A stretch of DNA of 64,000 bases, from NCBI GenBank assembly GCA_964016885.1, contig OZ024749.1, forward strand, positions 4,960,001-5,024,000, written 5' to 3'. Source of the DNA: Eledone cirrhosa (Eukaryota). Below, in pieces: positions 40,725 to 54,779 of the stretch. Position 1 is the stretch's first letter, and every line of letters starts with the position of its first letter. The notes under the pieces are model-generated. The model searched no databases and had not been told where the DNA came from. It saw only the letters and a list, made by a program, of their open reading frames with translations. Position numbers and translations under genes: made by a program.

Positions 40725-41008
40725 TTAGTTAAGCAAAAGAAGACCACACATTTCACAAGGAAGACATTATTAAAAGTTTGTCAACATATTTTAGTTTCAT
40801 GTAAGGAATGTAGAGAATAATAATAATAATAATATTAATAATAATAATGTCGGTTTACAATTGTTTCGCTACTCCATATAATATTTATGGATCAAATGAT
40901 TATAGATCATTATTGATCTGGTTCAGTTATATATATGTAATATAAATAAATATATATAAACATGTTTATTATATATATATATATATATATACGAATGTAA
41001 ATGTCTAC

Positions 41009-41089
<81 letters not shown>

Positions 41090-41381
41090 TATATATATAT
41101 GTATATACATACATGATGATGGCTGCCCCCTCGTTATCGAGGATGTCCGTTGCACGAGAAAAAAAAAAATATATATATATATAAACAAGCAAATTATAAG
41201 CGTAAACATGTAAGTATGTTTTTGAAATATATATATATATTAAAGAGTTAAACAAGATTCAACGAGTATATCAGAGAATGAGTTTTACAGTAGATTTGAA
41301 GCACTCTACGTTAAATAATTTTCCAGGGTTATTAATATGAAAATACAAATATTAATAAAATATATGTTCTTTTGATCAATT

Positions 41382-41436
41382 ACATTTTAGTATACATGTT
41401 TCGGAGGTACAACAGTACGTCCTCATCAGACAAAAT
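41382..41436 (-). ncRNA. Type-I hammerhead ribozyme
   Basis: rc ATTTTGT-CTGATGA-GGAcGTAC tgtt GTACcTCC-GAAA-CATGTATA-CTAAAAT. Confidence 0.75.
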
Positions 41437-41622
41437 ATAATGATACATGACATACCCTGAGATGTTAAATGGTTATGATTTAATCAAGGTGGTGATTAAC
41501 CCAAGAGAAAATTCAACATTTCTCATTATTAGGGTATAAATGTTGAATTTTCTCTTGGGTCAATCACTACCTTGATTAAATCTTAACCATTTAACTTCTC
41601 AGGGTATGTCATGTATCATTAT

Positions 41623-41675
41623 ATTTTGTCTGATGAGGATGTACTGTTGTACATCCGAAATATATATAATAAAAT
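41623..41675 (+). ncRNA. Type-I hammerhead ribozyme (intact core)
   Basis: ATTTTGT-CTGATGA-GGATGTAC tgtt GTACATCC-GAAA-TATATA-TA-ATAAAAT. Confidence 0.92.
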
Positions 41676-41715
41676 GTAATTGATCAAAAGAACATCTATT
41701 TTATTAATATTTGTA

Positions 41716-41774
<59 letters not shown>

Positions 41775-41829
41775 TAATAACAATAATAATAATAATAACA
41801 ACAATAATAATATCGACAACAACAACAAT

Positions 41830-41875
<46 letters not shown>

Positions 41876-42495
41876 GCGCACACACATAAACATATCTATA
41901 CACACGCCCACACGATACCAACTAACAGCGCTTCTATCGAGTGTGGCTTTTTAGCCCAGCCAATGATCTAACATTTCTTGCACAGAGTCGGCAACCAAAA
42001 CATTCACTGGGAATAGCCAGCTGTGGTTGGAGTTAATGTTCTTTTGCATGTCGTTTGAGCACTCCTGCTGATTTACATTCTCTACCACATGCTTGGCAAG
42101 CATGATGAGTAACATCTCCAACAGCAGCCTGGTAGTCAACCACTGGTCTTACTTTATGACTGCGAATATGACTTTCGAGTCCAGCTTTGCTTAGACAGTC
42201 TCGGACAGACGCTGTATGTCAGCACCATCGGAGGACCTTCGCTGTCTGGAAGTGCAACAGCAATGCCCTTCCTCACATCCCGCTTTACTTTCTCATATGC
42301 GATTCGATATGCCTGAAAGGCAACTTTTACCTCATATATAGTCTTTCTCCATTTATTACGATCAGCAGCAATATTTTTCCATGTATCAGCAGAGATGTTA
42401 GCGTCTTTCAAAGAGGCTTTCAAGGAATCCTTATAACTCTTTTTTGGTTTATGTGACGGTCGTTTTCCTTTAACTAACTCTCCATAAAACAGTTG

Positions 42496-42526
<31 letters not shown>

Positions 42527-43231
42527 CATACATACATACACACTTACATACATACTTACATACATACGTATAGTTGTTATTCTTCCGTGCTTGTGTATAT
42601 ACACGGTCCAATGAATGACTATTCAACTACAAAGATAGAATACAGACAAGGGAGGTAGTGAGATCCAGCACTATATTCAATTACCCTAGATTCTCCCTTT
42701 TTCCTATCCAAATATCAACTGCTTTTTTAGTAACAATTTCACTCATAATTTTCACTACTATATTGGTTACGTCTCATGAGATGTTCTAGTCAGTAATATG
42801 TTGGTTTGACGTTGACGAGAAATAGCTTAAACTACGTAATATATCATGTGATGCGGTAGCCATTCGTAGAAAAGACGAGTGTTGGAGGAATAGCTCATAG
42901 ATTGTACATTACGTGATCACGTGGTTTTCTAGTAAATAAAAATATTGAAGTATGCAGTTGATTAGCTCATACATGACACATCATATCGTGTCATAGACAA
43001 GCGATATATAAATTTCTGAGATTCTGTCACAACACGCAAAGAGAGAGGATTAGTTTGACTACCTCATACTACTCCTCTCTCTTTAAATCTGCTGCCTGTG
43101 GGAATGTATGTGTGTAAAAGGAAGGAAGGAAGGGGTGGTGAAAAACTACAGCTATCAGTGAAGTGTATGTCCATGTGTGTATTTGCGTTAACGTAAGTGT
43201 GTCTCTTTTTGCACGTTTATATTTATACACT

Positions 43232-43580
43232 CATACATATAAATGTATGCATATGCACATACATATAAATGTATGCATATGCACATACATATACATGTAT
43301 GCATATGCACATACATATAAATGTATGTATATGCACATACATATAAATGTATGCATATGCACATACATATAAATGTATGTATATGCACATACATATACAT
43401 GTATGCATATGCACATACATATAAATGTATGTATATGCACATACATATACATGTATGCATATGTACATACATATAAATGTATGCATATGCACATACATAT
43501 ACATGTATGCATATGCACATACATATACATGTATGCATATGTACATACATATAAATGTATGCATATGCACATACATATGC
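43232..43580. repeat. 26-bp minisatellite
   Basis: CATACATATAAATGTATGCATATGCA, ~13 copies. Confidence 0.9.
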
Positions 43581-43886
43581 TCACGCACATATACACATAC
43601 GCATTAAAGTATGGAAAACGTTCTAGTAATATAAAAATAAATCCAGGTCGCGACATCCATCACACGTCACGAGTTTTTCTAGCCAAAAATATAGAAGTTA
43701 GACATTGGTGACAAATACGAATATGTCATTTATCAGGTGGCTTTCTTGCTAATAAGCTGGCTTACACGTTGTATATCACAATATTTCCTAGTTACTAGAT
43801 ATATGCTAAACAGACATTAGTGAAATATGACTCTCACCTCATACCTCACAAGGTTTACAACTCATTAAAATTACAGTATGTTAAGT

Positions 43887-44180
43887 AGCATGGCTTAGTG
43901 GTTAGAGCATGGGGGTTACAATCGTGAGGTTGTGAGTTCGAGTCTCGGACCGAGATTTGCGTTGTGCTCTTGCGCAAGACACTTTATTTCACGTTGCTTC
44001 AGATCACTCAGCTGTAGAAATGAGTTGCCACATCGTTGGTGTCAAGCTGTCTCAGCGTGTTCCTTTCCCTTGGACATTATTTGTGGCCTGGAGAGGGGAG
44101 ATTAGTATACATGGCTTACTTGCCCGGACTTGTGCAAATCCCATGGTCAATCGTGACCGAAGAGAGTCTTTACCGATGAC
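43887..44180 (+). mobile_element. tRNA-derived SINE family 2
   Basis: A box TGGCTTAGTGG, B box GAGTTCGAGTC; GCAAGACACTTTATTTCACGTTGC..CACTCAGCTGTAGAAATG body. Confidence 0.82.
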
Positions 44181-45814
44181 AGTATGTAAGTTAAACAACT
44201 AGTGACACATGATGAAGCTACAGAGATGATGATGTCGATGAAACTTTAGACCATGTCGAAGACGATGAGCTGTACACGGCGATGAAATGATAATGACAGC
44301 GACAACAACAATGAAATGAAAACAATGAGGATGACGATGATATGACTATGATATGGCAACGGAGATAATATAGCGAAGTAGATGAAAACAGTGAACCAAT
44401 AGGAAGACGAGTATATAATGAACACCGAGACGACTTGACGATGGGGAAGGCAATGAAACGTCAACGCACAAAACAATGACGATAATTATGAAATAAAGAC
44501 AATGAAATAAAGAAGGGGATGATGTTTATGATGAGTATGATGACTAACATTTCCGTATGAATGACGATAATATAAACAAAGATGGCTTCACAGCCGGTTT
44601 TCTCTTGTTGTAAGTAGGGACATGATGATGTAGTGTTGGTGATGTTGGAGGTTATCGTAATGGGGATAGTGTTCCTCAGGTTATTGATATTAATAATGTT
44701 GATGATGATGATGATGATGATGATGAGGTTGATGAGCGTCACATTATTTATAATGTATAGGTAATCCAAGGAACATGAATGATAACTGCAAGCGTTCGCA
44801 GACCACGCATGTGACAACGTGACAAAGAACGGACGCTCGATTGAACCATACCTATTCAGAGCTAGATGTTCTCTCAATCTCTTGGAGAACCGCAACTTAT
44901 TAGTACCTCTCAACATTAGTCAGGTTGTCATTCACCGATGACTGCTCATTGGGCAAATAAAATTAAGTTATTTTTTTAGAAATATCCAGAAAGCATCTTG
45001 GAAAGGATTTCAAGCGAAATTTTCTTTTGTGTGGAAATTTGAAAGGAGAAACGCGATTATTTATACTCAATATTTATTGGTAACCCTTAATAATATATAA
45101 GTGATCATTTACGTTAACTTTATTTCATAGAAACGTTTATGTGTACGTGCACCTGTATGCAAGTGTATATGTGTGTGTGCAATTTGGCATGCATGTGTGC
45201 GTATATGTGCAAGTGTGTGAGCGAGTGTGCGCACGTGCTTGTTAGTTAATGTCTATGCGATATATGTGACGTAAGATAACTAAAAGGTCAATATATAGAT
45301 AGATACGCAGTTTATTGTAATCTACAGATGTGATACAATATTTTTCTTATCATTGCAGTGTCCCACATTCCACGTATTGAAATATTAGTGAATGAATTAA
45401 AGGTTACAGACAAACTATGTAATTAATTATTAAACAGTACTGCACTTTTAGAAAACATGGATATGAGAGAAAGTTTCTATGAAAAATAGGCTAGGTTTAG
45501 AAAAACATACATGGCATGGACTTATATGATTTTATAGAAACACACATATATACATACGTACACACAAACATATATATATATGTATATATATTTAAATACA
45601 TATAGAGAAAGAGAGAGAGGGAGAGATATACATATTTATAGAATGAGGAAAATGCGAAGTTGTAGCTGTTAAAGATGCCTTTATTAATAAGGCCGTGATA
45701 CAGAGCTGCTGGGAAGTTCACAAGGGAACAGACAGCCCCAGCAAAAATATATTAAATGTTTTGTAAGTTCCCTTGCAATCAGGATTACTTCAGAAACGTA
45801 ACATTTTACTTCAT

Positions 45815-45891
45815 GGTGCTGTCTGATGAAATCACGGTAATGGTTAAATAATCCAGTAACCATTATCGTAATTGAAATATGTATCACCGCC
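45815..45891 (+). ncRNA. Type-I hammerhead ribozyme, long stem II
   Basis: GCTGT-CTGATGA-AATcACGGTAATGGTTA..TAACCATTATCGTaATT-GAAA-TATGTA-TC-ACCGC. Confidence 0.8.
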
Positions 45892-46493
45892 TTATTAATA
45901 AAGGACTTTAACAACTAGTACTTCGCAATTTTTTAATTGTAATTATAATCCGTCATTTTTATTTTGAAGATGTAACATAACGTCGAGTGCTTGAATGAAT
46001 TGCATGCATATTATGTCTACCGCATGTATATATATCATATATATATATGGGTGGGTGTGTGTGGGTGTGTTATTATAATAGAATATTCCACTATCTATTT
46101 TGGTGAGGTTTGAAAAGTTCAATGCGTGGTTAAGGTCTTCAATACGCAAATAATTCAATGCAATCGAAATATTCAGCCGACTGTTTGTTAAGGACTGTGA
46201 GGTTCACAAACTATATCATCAAACTGCAGAGAACCAAGATGTTTAAATTTACTCCATCTTCAATATCTACAATCGTTTCTATACAGGTGCTAAGCTTGTA
46301 TCTATGTGCAAACAACGAATCAACCAGTTATAATTATTTCACGGTTATTCACACAATATTACAAACCACCGCTTTGCCTGTTTGACCTTGCCGCTGCCTC
46401 TCATAATTCAGCATGCTCTTATTATCAAATCACATTATATCTTCTACTCCTGATTGTCTGTTTTATTTGACTGAGTAACTGGATTAATAAGTG

Positions 46494-46707
46494 TTTCTAC
46501 TTTAGACACAAAGCCAGCAATTGGAAGGGGAGGGGAAGTCGATTAAATCGACCCCTGTGCGTTGCCGGTACTTTATTTATCGACACCGTAAGGATGATAA
46601 GCAAAGCTAACCTCGGCGAGATTTGAATTCAGACTATAAAGGGCCGCAACTCTATGCGGTAAAGCATTGCGTCTGACCCTCTACCGATACTTCCAATCCA
46701 CCGCCCT
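46494..46707 (-). mobile_element. SINE family 1
   Basis: Reverse complement of family-1 head and body. Confidence 0.85.
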
Positions 46708-46927
46708 TGGTTAATAATTAATGTATACTTACATATTGCACAGCTATTATTGCAAGAACTACCGTATTTCCCGGTGTGGAAGACGCTAGTTGTTTCCTAA
46801 AATAAGTCTCAAAAATCTACCATGCGTCCTGGAGGCCGAAGGTTGTTTATAATTTTCTATTCAAATTTCTGGTGTGGCCTTTGGAGAGTTATGTTTTTTC
46901 GCTCTCTGTATGTTGCGAGGTATCAAC

Positions 46928-47150
46928 AATATATGATGGATTTTCTAACACTTACAATATATGATAGATTTCCTAACACTTACAATATATGATAGGTTAT
47001 CTAACACTTACAATATATAATAGGTTTTCTAACACTTACAATATATGATAGATTGTCTAACACTTACAATATATGATAGATTTCCTAACACTTACAATAT
47101 ATGATAGGTTATCTAACACTTACAATATATGACAGGTTTTCTAACGCTTA
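46928..47150. repeat. 28-bp minisatellite
   Basis: CTAACACTTACAATATATGATAGRTTTT, ~7-8 copies. Confidence 0.92.
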
Positions 47151-47369
47151 CACGAAATAATTTCTACTGCCTTATCCCTAAGTCTAAAGAATACATCTTT
47201 ACCATAATTACCACCTTGGACACCCAGACACGTCGTTTGGATTCTTCCTCGCTCGCCTATATCAAGCACTTGCTAATGTTCTTGACAACTTCTTTTTTCT
47301 TATATTCTATCCCACTTAATAATCCAGTTGTAAGTAGGTAGATATGTATGTATGTGCTTATGTATAATT

Positions 47370-47834
47370 AATTTGCAAACGAATCGAATATTATTAATAT
47401 TCAACCATGTAGAGCGATAATTAATTGCTAGTTATTTCAATATGGCAAAGCCGGCCATTAATCGCTCGTATACATGAAACTGACTGGCCTGTCGGCTGAT
47501 ATGCAAATCTGGCTCATCAGTGGATCTTGTAATATGCAGATCTGACTGATCAGCCAGTCTTCTAATATGCAAATCAGGCCGATCAGTCACTGTATATTTC
47601 AGAAAATATCATATATTTTCACTAGCTCTGACAGTTGGCAGGTGAACAGTGAACTGCACTGATGAAGGGTAATCACCCAGAAACATTAGTGCCTGCAGTT
47701 CTGTTTACATTCCAACACAACTGTGAGAATGAGAGGCTCATTCTACTGACATGGCTTTAAAAATGAGGCTTGTTTGCGTAATTGCAAACGAATCGAATAT
47801 TATTATTAATATTCGAAAAACTCAGATTATATTT

Positions 47835-47836
<2 letters not shown>
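47370..47836 (+). mobile_element. ~410-bp HHR monomer with terminal direct repeat and octamer cluster
   Basis: TTGCAAACGAATCGAATATTATTA at ~47373 and ~47782; ATGCAAAT/ATGCAGAT x3 at 47501-47573; ends in (TA)n. Confidence 0.65.
47651..47701 (+). ncRNA. Type-I hammerhead ribozyme (cleavage triplet GCC rather than GUC)
   Basis: GAACTGCA-CTGATGA-aGGGT aatc ACCCa-GAAA-CATTAGTG-CC-TGCAGTTC; 8-bp perfect stem I. Confidence 0.78.
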
Positions 47837-47922
<86 letters not shown>

Positions 47923-48590
47923 CATGAACGGAGAAAGCTAATAGCGATACTCCGGCCAAATCCCAACTCACTCAATAAACATTAGGAAATACCTGAGTAT
48001 ATTCCTAATTAAACGTTCGGGGTGCTAAATATAATGTAATTGTATTGTGTGGAGAATTGGCTGTATCATTTCATATGAGATATATCAAATATATCATTTC
48101 CCAGACGGATGTCTCGTTTCATTATAAGATTTCTACAAGTTGGGTGAAAGTATACCAAATTATGTAGAAGCTTGTATAAGATCAACAGATACTTATTCAA
48201 GTGGGCTCTTATAATTCTTCAGTATATGCCCAATAATATTAATATTGATAACCAAATCAACATCAATATTTAGCGATAATCACCATCAGTGCTTGAGGGA
48301 GCTGCTAGGTTGTTAGCCCAGCAGTTCTAAAGAAAATCTCACACTGTCTCGAAAATAGGCGGAAGGAGACTACCGCCAAAAACAATACATGCGCAGGTCA
48401 TTGAATTCCGATAAGAATTCAAGCCACGTGCTAAGGACTCAATTGGATATGAAAAAATAACCATATGTGCACATTGCTTAATGACACATATAGATATTTT
48501 CGCGGGCAAAATAACAATGAGATACAAGAACAAACAATCAATATTCATATAAAAAATAAACAAAGAGAGTCATACCTTACATCGGGAAAG

Positions 48591-48651
<61 letters not shown>

Positions 48652-49360
48652 GTATATGAACAAACATACATCCATATAGAGATAGTGAGGGGTTGAGAAG
48701 GGGAGAGAGAGAAATATGTATGCAATATACATGCTTATATATAAATAAATATACACATACACATTATATATTTATGTGTGTGTGTGTGTGTAATTGTGTA
48801 TTTTGTGTGTATGTGTGTGTATGCGTGTGTTTGTGTCTATGTGCTTGAGAGTGGGTGGATGTTTTGAGAAAACCAAATAACGCGATGGAAGTGATGCATG
48901 ATCTTTACAAAGTATTTATGTATCATATTCTGGTTATTTTTTCAATTCTAGCTGGCGGCGAAAAATATTACGATGCTGTTAGAAACTTGACCATTAGGAA
49001 GCAGGATTTTATTTGTTAGCCTATATCTCCCAGCAGCTAAATTCATTTCAGCAAAAGTTACGAATACAACCTTTTAAATTCTATAATATTTATTTTCGTA
49101 TGTCTCTTCAGATTTGGTTTTCATTAAAACTTCCATGGCATTGCAAGGTAAGAGTACGTTTAATCTTACATGGAAACATATTTCTTGTCTGATACAAACA
49201 TTCGATCGATCGATAAGTATGACGGTGTCTCTTTTCACGATATATTGTCTACGTATAGGGCGCATATCCATATGTTATTAACATTCTAGCCTCAAGCTAT
49301 GTAAAATTTATTAAAAAAAGATACAATTCGACCACACACACACACACACACACACACACG

Positions 49361-49397
<37 letters not shown>

Positions 49398-49522
49398 ATA
49401 TATATATATGTACATATACATATACATGTATGTATATATATTTATACATGTATGTATATATATTTATACATGTATGTATATATATATACATATATATATA
49501 TATGTATATATATACATGTATG

Positions 49523-49553
<31 letters not shown>

Positions 49554-50148
49554 GTAAATATATATATATATATATACATACCATTTCACGTCTGACCTTC
49601 TGTTATATACCGATATATATAAAGATATATATATATAGATATATATAGATATAATGTATATATAAATATATCCATGTATATGTATATATATAAGACAAGT
49701 AGATTATGAAGCTACATGAATATCTGCATTATGCTGGTGTGTACTTCATTGTCGCCGACACGACTGAAAGCTCGTTGAAAGAAGAGAAGGCCTCAGTTCA
49801 AGTTAAAATGTACTCCATTTGTTTCATATTTTTGTCGGCGAAAAAGTAGTCGTCTAAATGCGGGGGATTGGGAAAACGTATATTTATAATACAAGAAGAT
49901 TTGAGGGATCTGATCCATCTCTGTGAGTTCTGAGTTCAAATTTCGTCGCATTCTCTTGGGAATCGCTATCTGCAGATAGTTTGGTAAATGGAAAAACGAA
50001 TGGAGAAGAAAATCCGTGGTTCGATCAGAAGAACACCTGCTTTTAATATGTGTCTCTGATGAGACACCTCTTGTCCATGCTGTGAGGTTGTGGTAGACGA
50101 GTGACGACAACCCACAGATACTACTGGAACACACTGACTTCATATATT

Positions 50149-50188
<40 letters not shown>

Positions 50189-50193
50189 TATAT

Positions 50194-50368
50194 AACGAAG
50201 GAAATGTGGTAAGGAACCAGATGGACCATAACGTACCAAAGTACTCAATACTTAGGGTAGTAGAGTGGGTAATAGGAACGAGTAGGACCAAGCCGTTTTG
50301 ACGGCTAATTCCGGTCCAGAATTAGCCGTCAAAACGGCTTGAGCTCAGCCGTCGGGGTCCTACTCGTT

Positions 50369-50372
<4 letters not shown>
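50194..50372 (-). mobile_element. Family-A palindromic cassette in (TA)n
   Basis: Homologous to 2975-3168; ~20-bp deletion in the long arm. Confidence 0.8.
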
Positions 50373-50451
<79 letters not shown>

Positions 50452-50611
50452 TACTTCTACAACTACTACTACTACTAATGCTAATAGTAGTATTTATACT
50501 TATATATGAGTTATATATAATTATAAATATGAAAGGGTAGTATGATACACTACACGATTACGATCGTCAGCAATTAAATCTATTAAGCAAACATTTGATT
50601 GCTTTATATTT

Positions 50612-50680
<69 letters not shown>

Positions 50681-50767
50681 TTGTGAGTGTGCTTCTTATT
50701 TTGTATTCCTAAAGAACGGCTACAGATCGACACGTCGAACTTTATTCCCCCTTTTCAATATAAATCG

Positions 50768-50934
50768 TATATATATATATACTATATATATATATATAGT
50801 ATTTATATATATATACTATATATACATATATATATTTATATATAGTATATATATATATATACTATATATATAATTATAGTATATATATATATATATATAG
50901 TATATATATATATATATATATAGTATATATATAT

Positions 50935-50975
<41 letters not shown>

Positions 50976-51820
50976 TATAGCATATATATATACTATATAT
51001 ATATATAGTATATATATATATATGTATGTAGTATATATATATACTATATATATATATATATATATATAGTATATATATATATATATATATATATAGTATA
51101 TATATATATGTATATAGTATATATATATATATATATATATGCTATATATATATACTATATATATATATATATACTATATATATATATATATATATTGTAT
51201 ATACTATATATATATATATATATATATATAGTATATATATATATATATAGTATATATATATATATATATAGTATATATATATACTATATATATATATATA
51301 TATATATAGTATACATATATATATATATATAGTATATATATATATATATATATATATAGTATATATATATATAGTATATATATATATAGTATATATATAT
51401 ATATATATAGTATATATATATATATATATAGTATATATATATATATATATAGTATATATATAGAGTATATATATATATATATATATATATAGTATATATA
51501 TAGAGTAAATATATATAGTATATATATATATATATAGTATATATATATATATATAGTATATATATATATATAGTATATATATATAGTATATATATATATA
51601 TATATAGTATATATATTTATATATAGTATATATATATATATATAGTATATATATATATATATAGTATTTATATATATATATAGTATATATATATATATAT
51701 AGTATATATATATATATATATATAATATATATATATATTTATATATATACTATATATATATACTATATATATATATATATATATAGTATATATATATAGT
51801 ATATATATATATATTTATAC
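50768..51820. repeat. (TA)n array with recurring AGT/ACT interruptions
   Basis: Direct reading. Confidence 0.93.
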
Positions 51821-52021
51821 TCATCTTTTTCCATTTCTCCGAGGGTTCTTAACCCCACTATCAGGCTAAATAATTTCTGTAATTTCTTTAGTCAAAATAC
51901 GGCGATAGCTTATATTTCTAATATATATATACATATACATATAACTTTCATATTGGTGCAACTTCTAATATGTTAAAGAATCAACTGTATTTCTTAAACT
52001 GTTCATTCTTTCATTATATAT

Positions 52022-52600
52022 AATTGTTTCTACATTTGCCACAAGGCCAGCAATCATCCAGTGCATTACTGGTACTTTATATTATCGACCCCGTAAGGAT
52101 GAAAGGCAAAGTTTACCTCTGCGGGATTTGATCTCTGAATGGCAAGGGCCGTAACTCTATACGCCAAAACATGGATCCGACCCTCTACCGATACAGCCAA
52201 TCCAATATAATTGTTTCTACATTTGGTACAAGGGCAGCAAATACCCAGTATATTACTGGTACTTTATTTTATCGACCCCGAAAGGATGAAAGGCAAAGTT
52301 AACCTCGGCGGGATTTGAACTCAGAATGGCAAGGACCGTAACTCTATGCGTCAAAGAATGGCGTCCAACCCTCTACTGATACTGCCAATCCAATATAATA
52401 ATATATAATAAGGCGGTGGATTGGCAGTATCGGTAGAGGGGCGGACGCTATGGTTTGAAGCATAGAGTTACCTCCCTGTAATTATCTGAGTTCAAATCCC
52501 GCCGAGGTTAACTTTGCCTTTCATCCTACGGGGTCGATAAAATAAAGTATCAGTAATGCACTGGGTAATTGCTGGCCTTGTGCCAAAAGTAGAAACAATT
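52022..52600. mobile_element. Cluster of three family-1 SINEs (-,-,+)
   Basis: 52022-52205(-), 52209-52392(-), 52412-52600(+), separated by short ATATAAT linkers. Confidence 0.92.
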
Positions 52601-53813
52601 ATATATAATAAGCATTTCGTGCAATAGGATTCTCTTCTTGAAGAATTATATTTTGTAGTTGTTGTTTGTTTTAATTTCTGCTGCTATTTTTGCCTAATAT
52701 TATTCAATCAGGAAATTCTTAAGACAATTTGTCTTAATATATTTTCATGAGTGAATATTATTTCTGTTATAGGTTCACCTTTAAGAGTTTTACATATTAA
52801 ACATATATTTTACTGTACAAAACAAACTCCTCAACAAGCAGTAATGTTTGTTGACTTACCTGTAGCATTAAAACAAAAATTTAATAAATGTATTCTGGGT
52901 TTAATCACACATACTGTGTTTAATGACAATGGCGTCTGTATATATGGCGTTTCTATATATGGCGTCTTTATATATTGCGTCTGTGTATGTATATATATGG
53001 AGAAAGAGTGTTGTTTTTACCTTCAGTGTGTTAATGCTTATGCACAATTTTGAACTTGTTTGTATAAATATGTATGTATATATATATATATATACATTCA
53101 TGCATACATATATTCATATATGTTTATATATATACATATAGATATATAAATATATATATATATGTATAAACATATATATAGATACATATATATACATATA
53201 GATATATAAATATATATATATATATATGTATATACATATATATAGATACATATATATATACATATATATACATATATATATATACATATATACATATATA
53301 TATATATACATATATGTATACACCCATATATATATGTGAGTGTTTGTGTGTGTGTGAAAGTGTGTCGTTTGTGAGTATGTGTTTGGCTGTGTATGTATGT
53401 ATACGATGCCTCAAATGTGTGGAAAGCTGTAAAGAAAATATACTTTTTATTTGAATAATTATAATATAACCTTATATTACACAGAATAGCAGAGAATTAA
53501 ACATAAATTTGGATATGTTTAAGATAATGCAAAATGAAAAAAGAGAATCACTCTATATTATTTAGCTGACGGCATGTTATTTAAACAGGGCAACAGAAAC
53601 CATGTATCTATAAATACAATGATAAAATCCTCCAAACAGACGGCACCCATATTTTACAAAGTTATATTATTTTGTTGTCTTTTATTTTTCAGACGCATGT
53701 ACGAAAACGCCCGCTTATACACTTCTGCACATACACAAACACAAGCAAATGAACGCACAAACACACACATCCAAACACACACATATATATATCTATCTAT
53801 ATATCTATCTCTC

Positions 53814-53898
<85 letters not shown>

Positions 53899-54041
53899 CT
53901 TTTTATATGTATATGCATATATATATATATGTATATGTGTACATGTATGTATGTATAGGTGTACATATCTGTATGTATGTATATGTATACATATATATGT
54001 ATATTTATATATGTATGTATATATATATATGTATATATATG

Positions 54042-54087
<46 letters not shown>

Positions 54088-54354
54088 GTACAAGAGTAAC
54101 CAATATTAAAGAGAGAGATGGTGGTAGGTGGGGAGATAGGAGAGGAGAGATTGGTGAATTAGTTAGAAGCCAAAGCATATGTGCTCAATGTGCAATATAC
54201 AGTGGAAAGCAGCTAGGTGGCTGTGTTCATGCAGAAGTTAGGCGCGCAGAGCTGGAAATATTCATTAGTTAAGCAAAGCAAGACCACACATTTCACAAGA
54301 AAGACATTATTAAAAGATTGTCAACATATTTTAGTTTGATGTAAAGAATGTAGA

Positions 54355-54386
<32 letters not shown>

Positions 54387-54395
54387 TTAATAATA

Positions 54396-54666
54396 ATTGT
54401 TTCTACTTTTGGCACAAGGCCAGCAATTACCCAGTGCATTACTGGCACTTTATTTTATCGATCCCGTAAGGATAAATGGCAAAGTCAACCTCGGAATAAT
54501 AATTGTTTCTACTTTAGGCACAAGGCCAGCAATTACCCAGTGCGTTACTGGTACTTTATTTCATCGACCCCGTAAGGATTAAAGGCAAAGTCAACCTCGG
54601 CGGGATTTGAACTCAGATGGAAAGCATGGCGTCCGACCCTCTACCGATACTGCCAATCCACCGCCC
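54396..54666 (-). mobile_element. Truncated plus full family-1 SINEs in an (AAT)n run
   Basis: 54396-54495 and 54501-54666; AACCTCGGAATAATAAT duplicated at ~54487 and ~54670. Confidence 0.9.
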
Positions 54667-54779
54667 TATAACCTCGGAATAATAATAATGTCCGTTTACA
54701 ATTGTTTCGCTGCTCCATATAATATTTCTGGATCAAATGACTATATATTATTGATCTGGTTCAGTTGAAAATAATTAAC

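Larger units (their letters stand above)
41240..41722. mobile_element. Palindromic HHR cassette nested in a LINE 3'UTR microsatellite
   Basis: ~180-bp arms 41341-41520 and 41538-41720. Confidence 0.82.
41115..42498 (-). mobile_element. RTE-clade C2H2-tail LINE 3' part (second copy), interrupted by an HHR cassette
   Basis: 41905-42498 homologous to 17325-17905; terminus 41115-41165 matches 17110-17160; (CATA)n flanks. Confidence 0.88.

Noticed and set aside
43887-43965. tRNA gene
   Set aside because: A/B boxes continue into a SINE body and there is no complete cloverleaf; the same applies to family-1 heads
46928-47150. 28-bp repeats as CRISPR
   Set aside because: No spacers; simple minisatellite
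50050-50085. CTGATGA followed by a GACA/TGTC hairpin
   Set aside because: No GAAA, stem III or stem I partner
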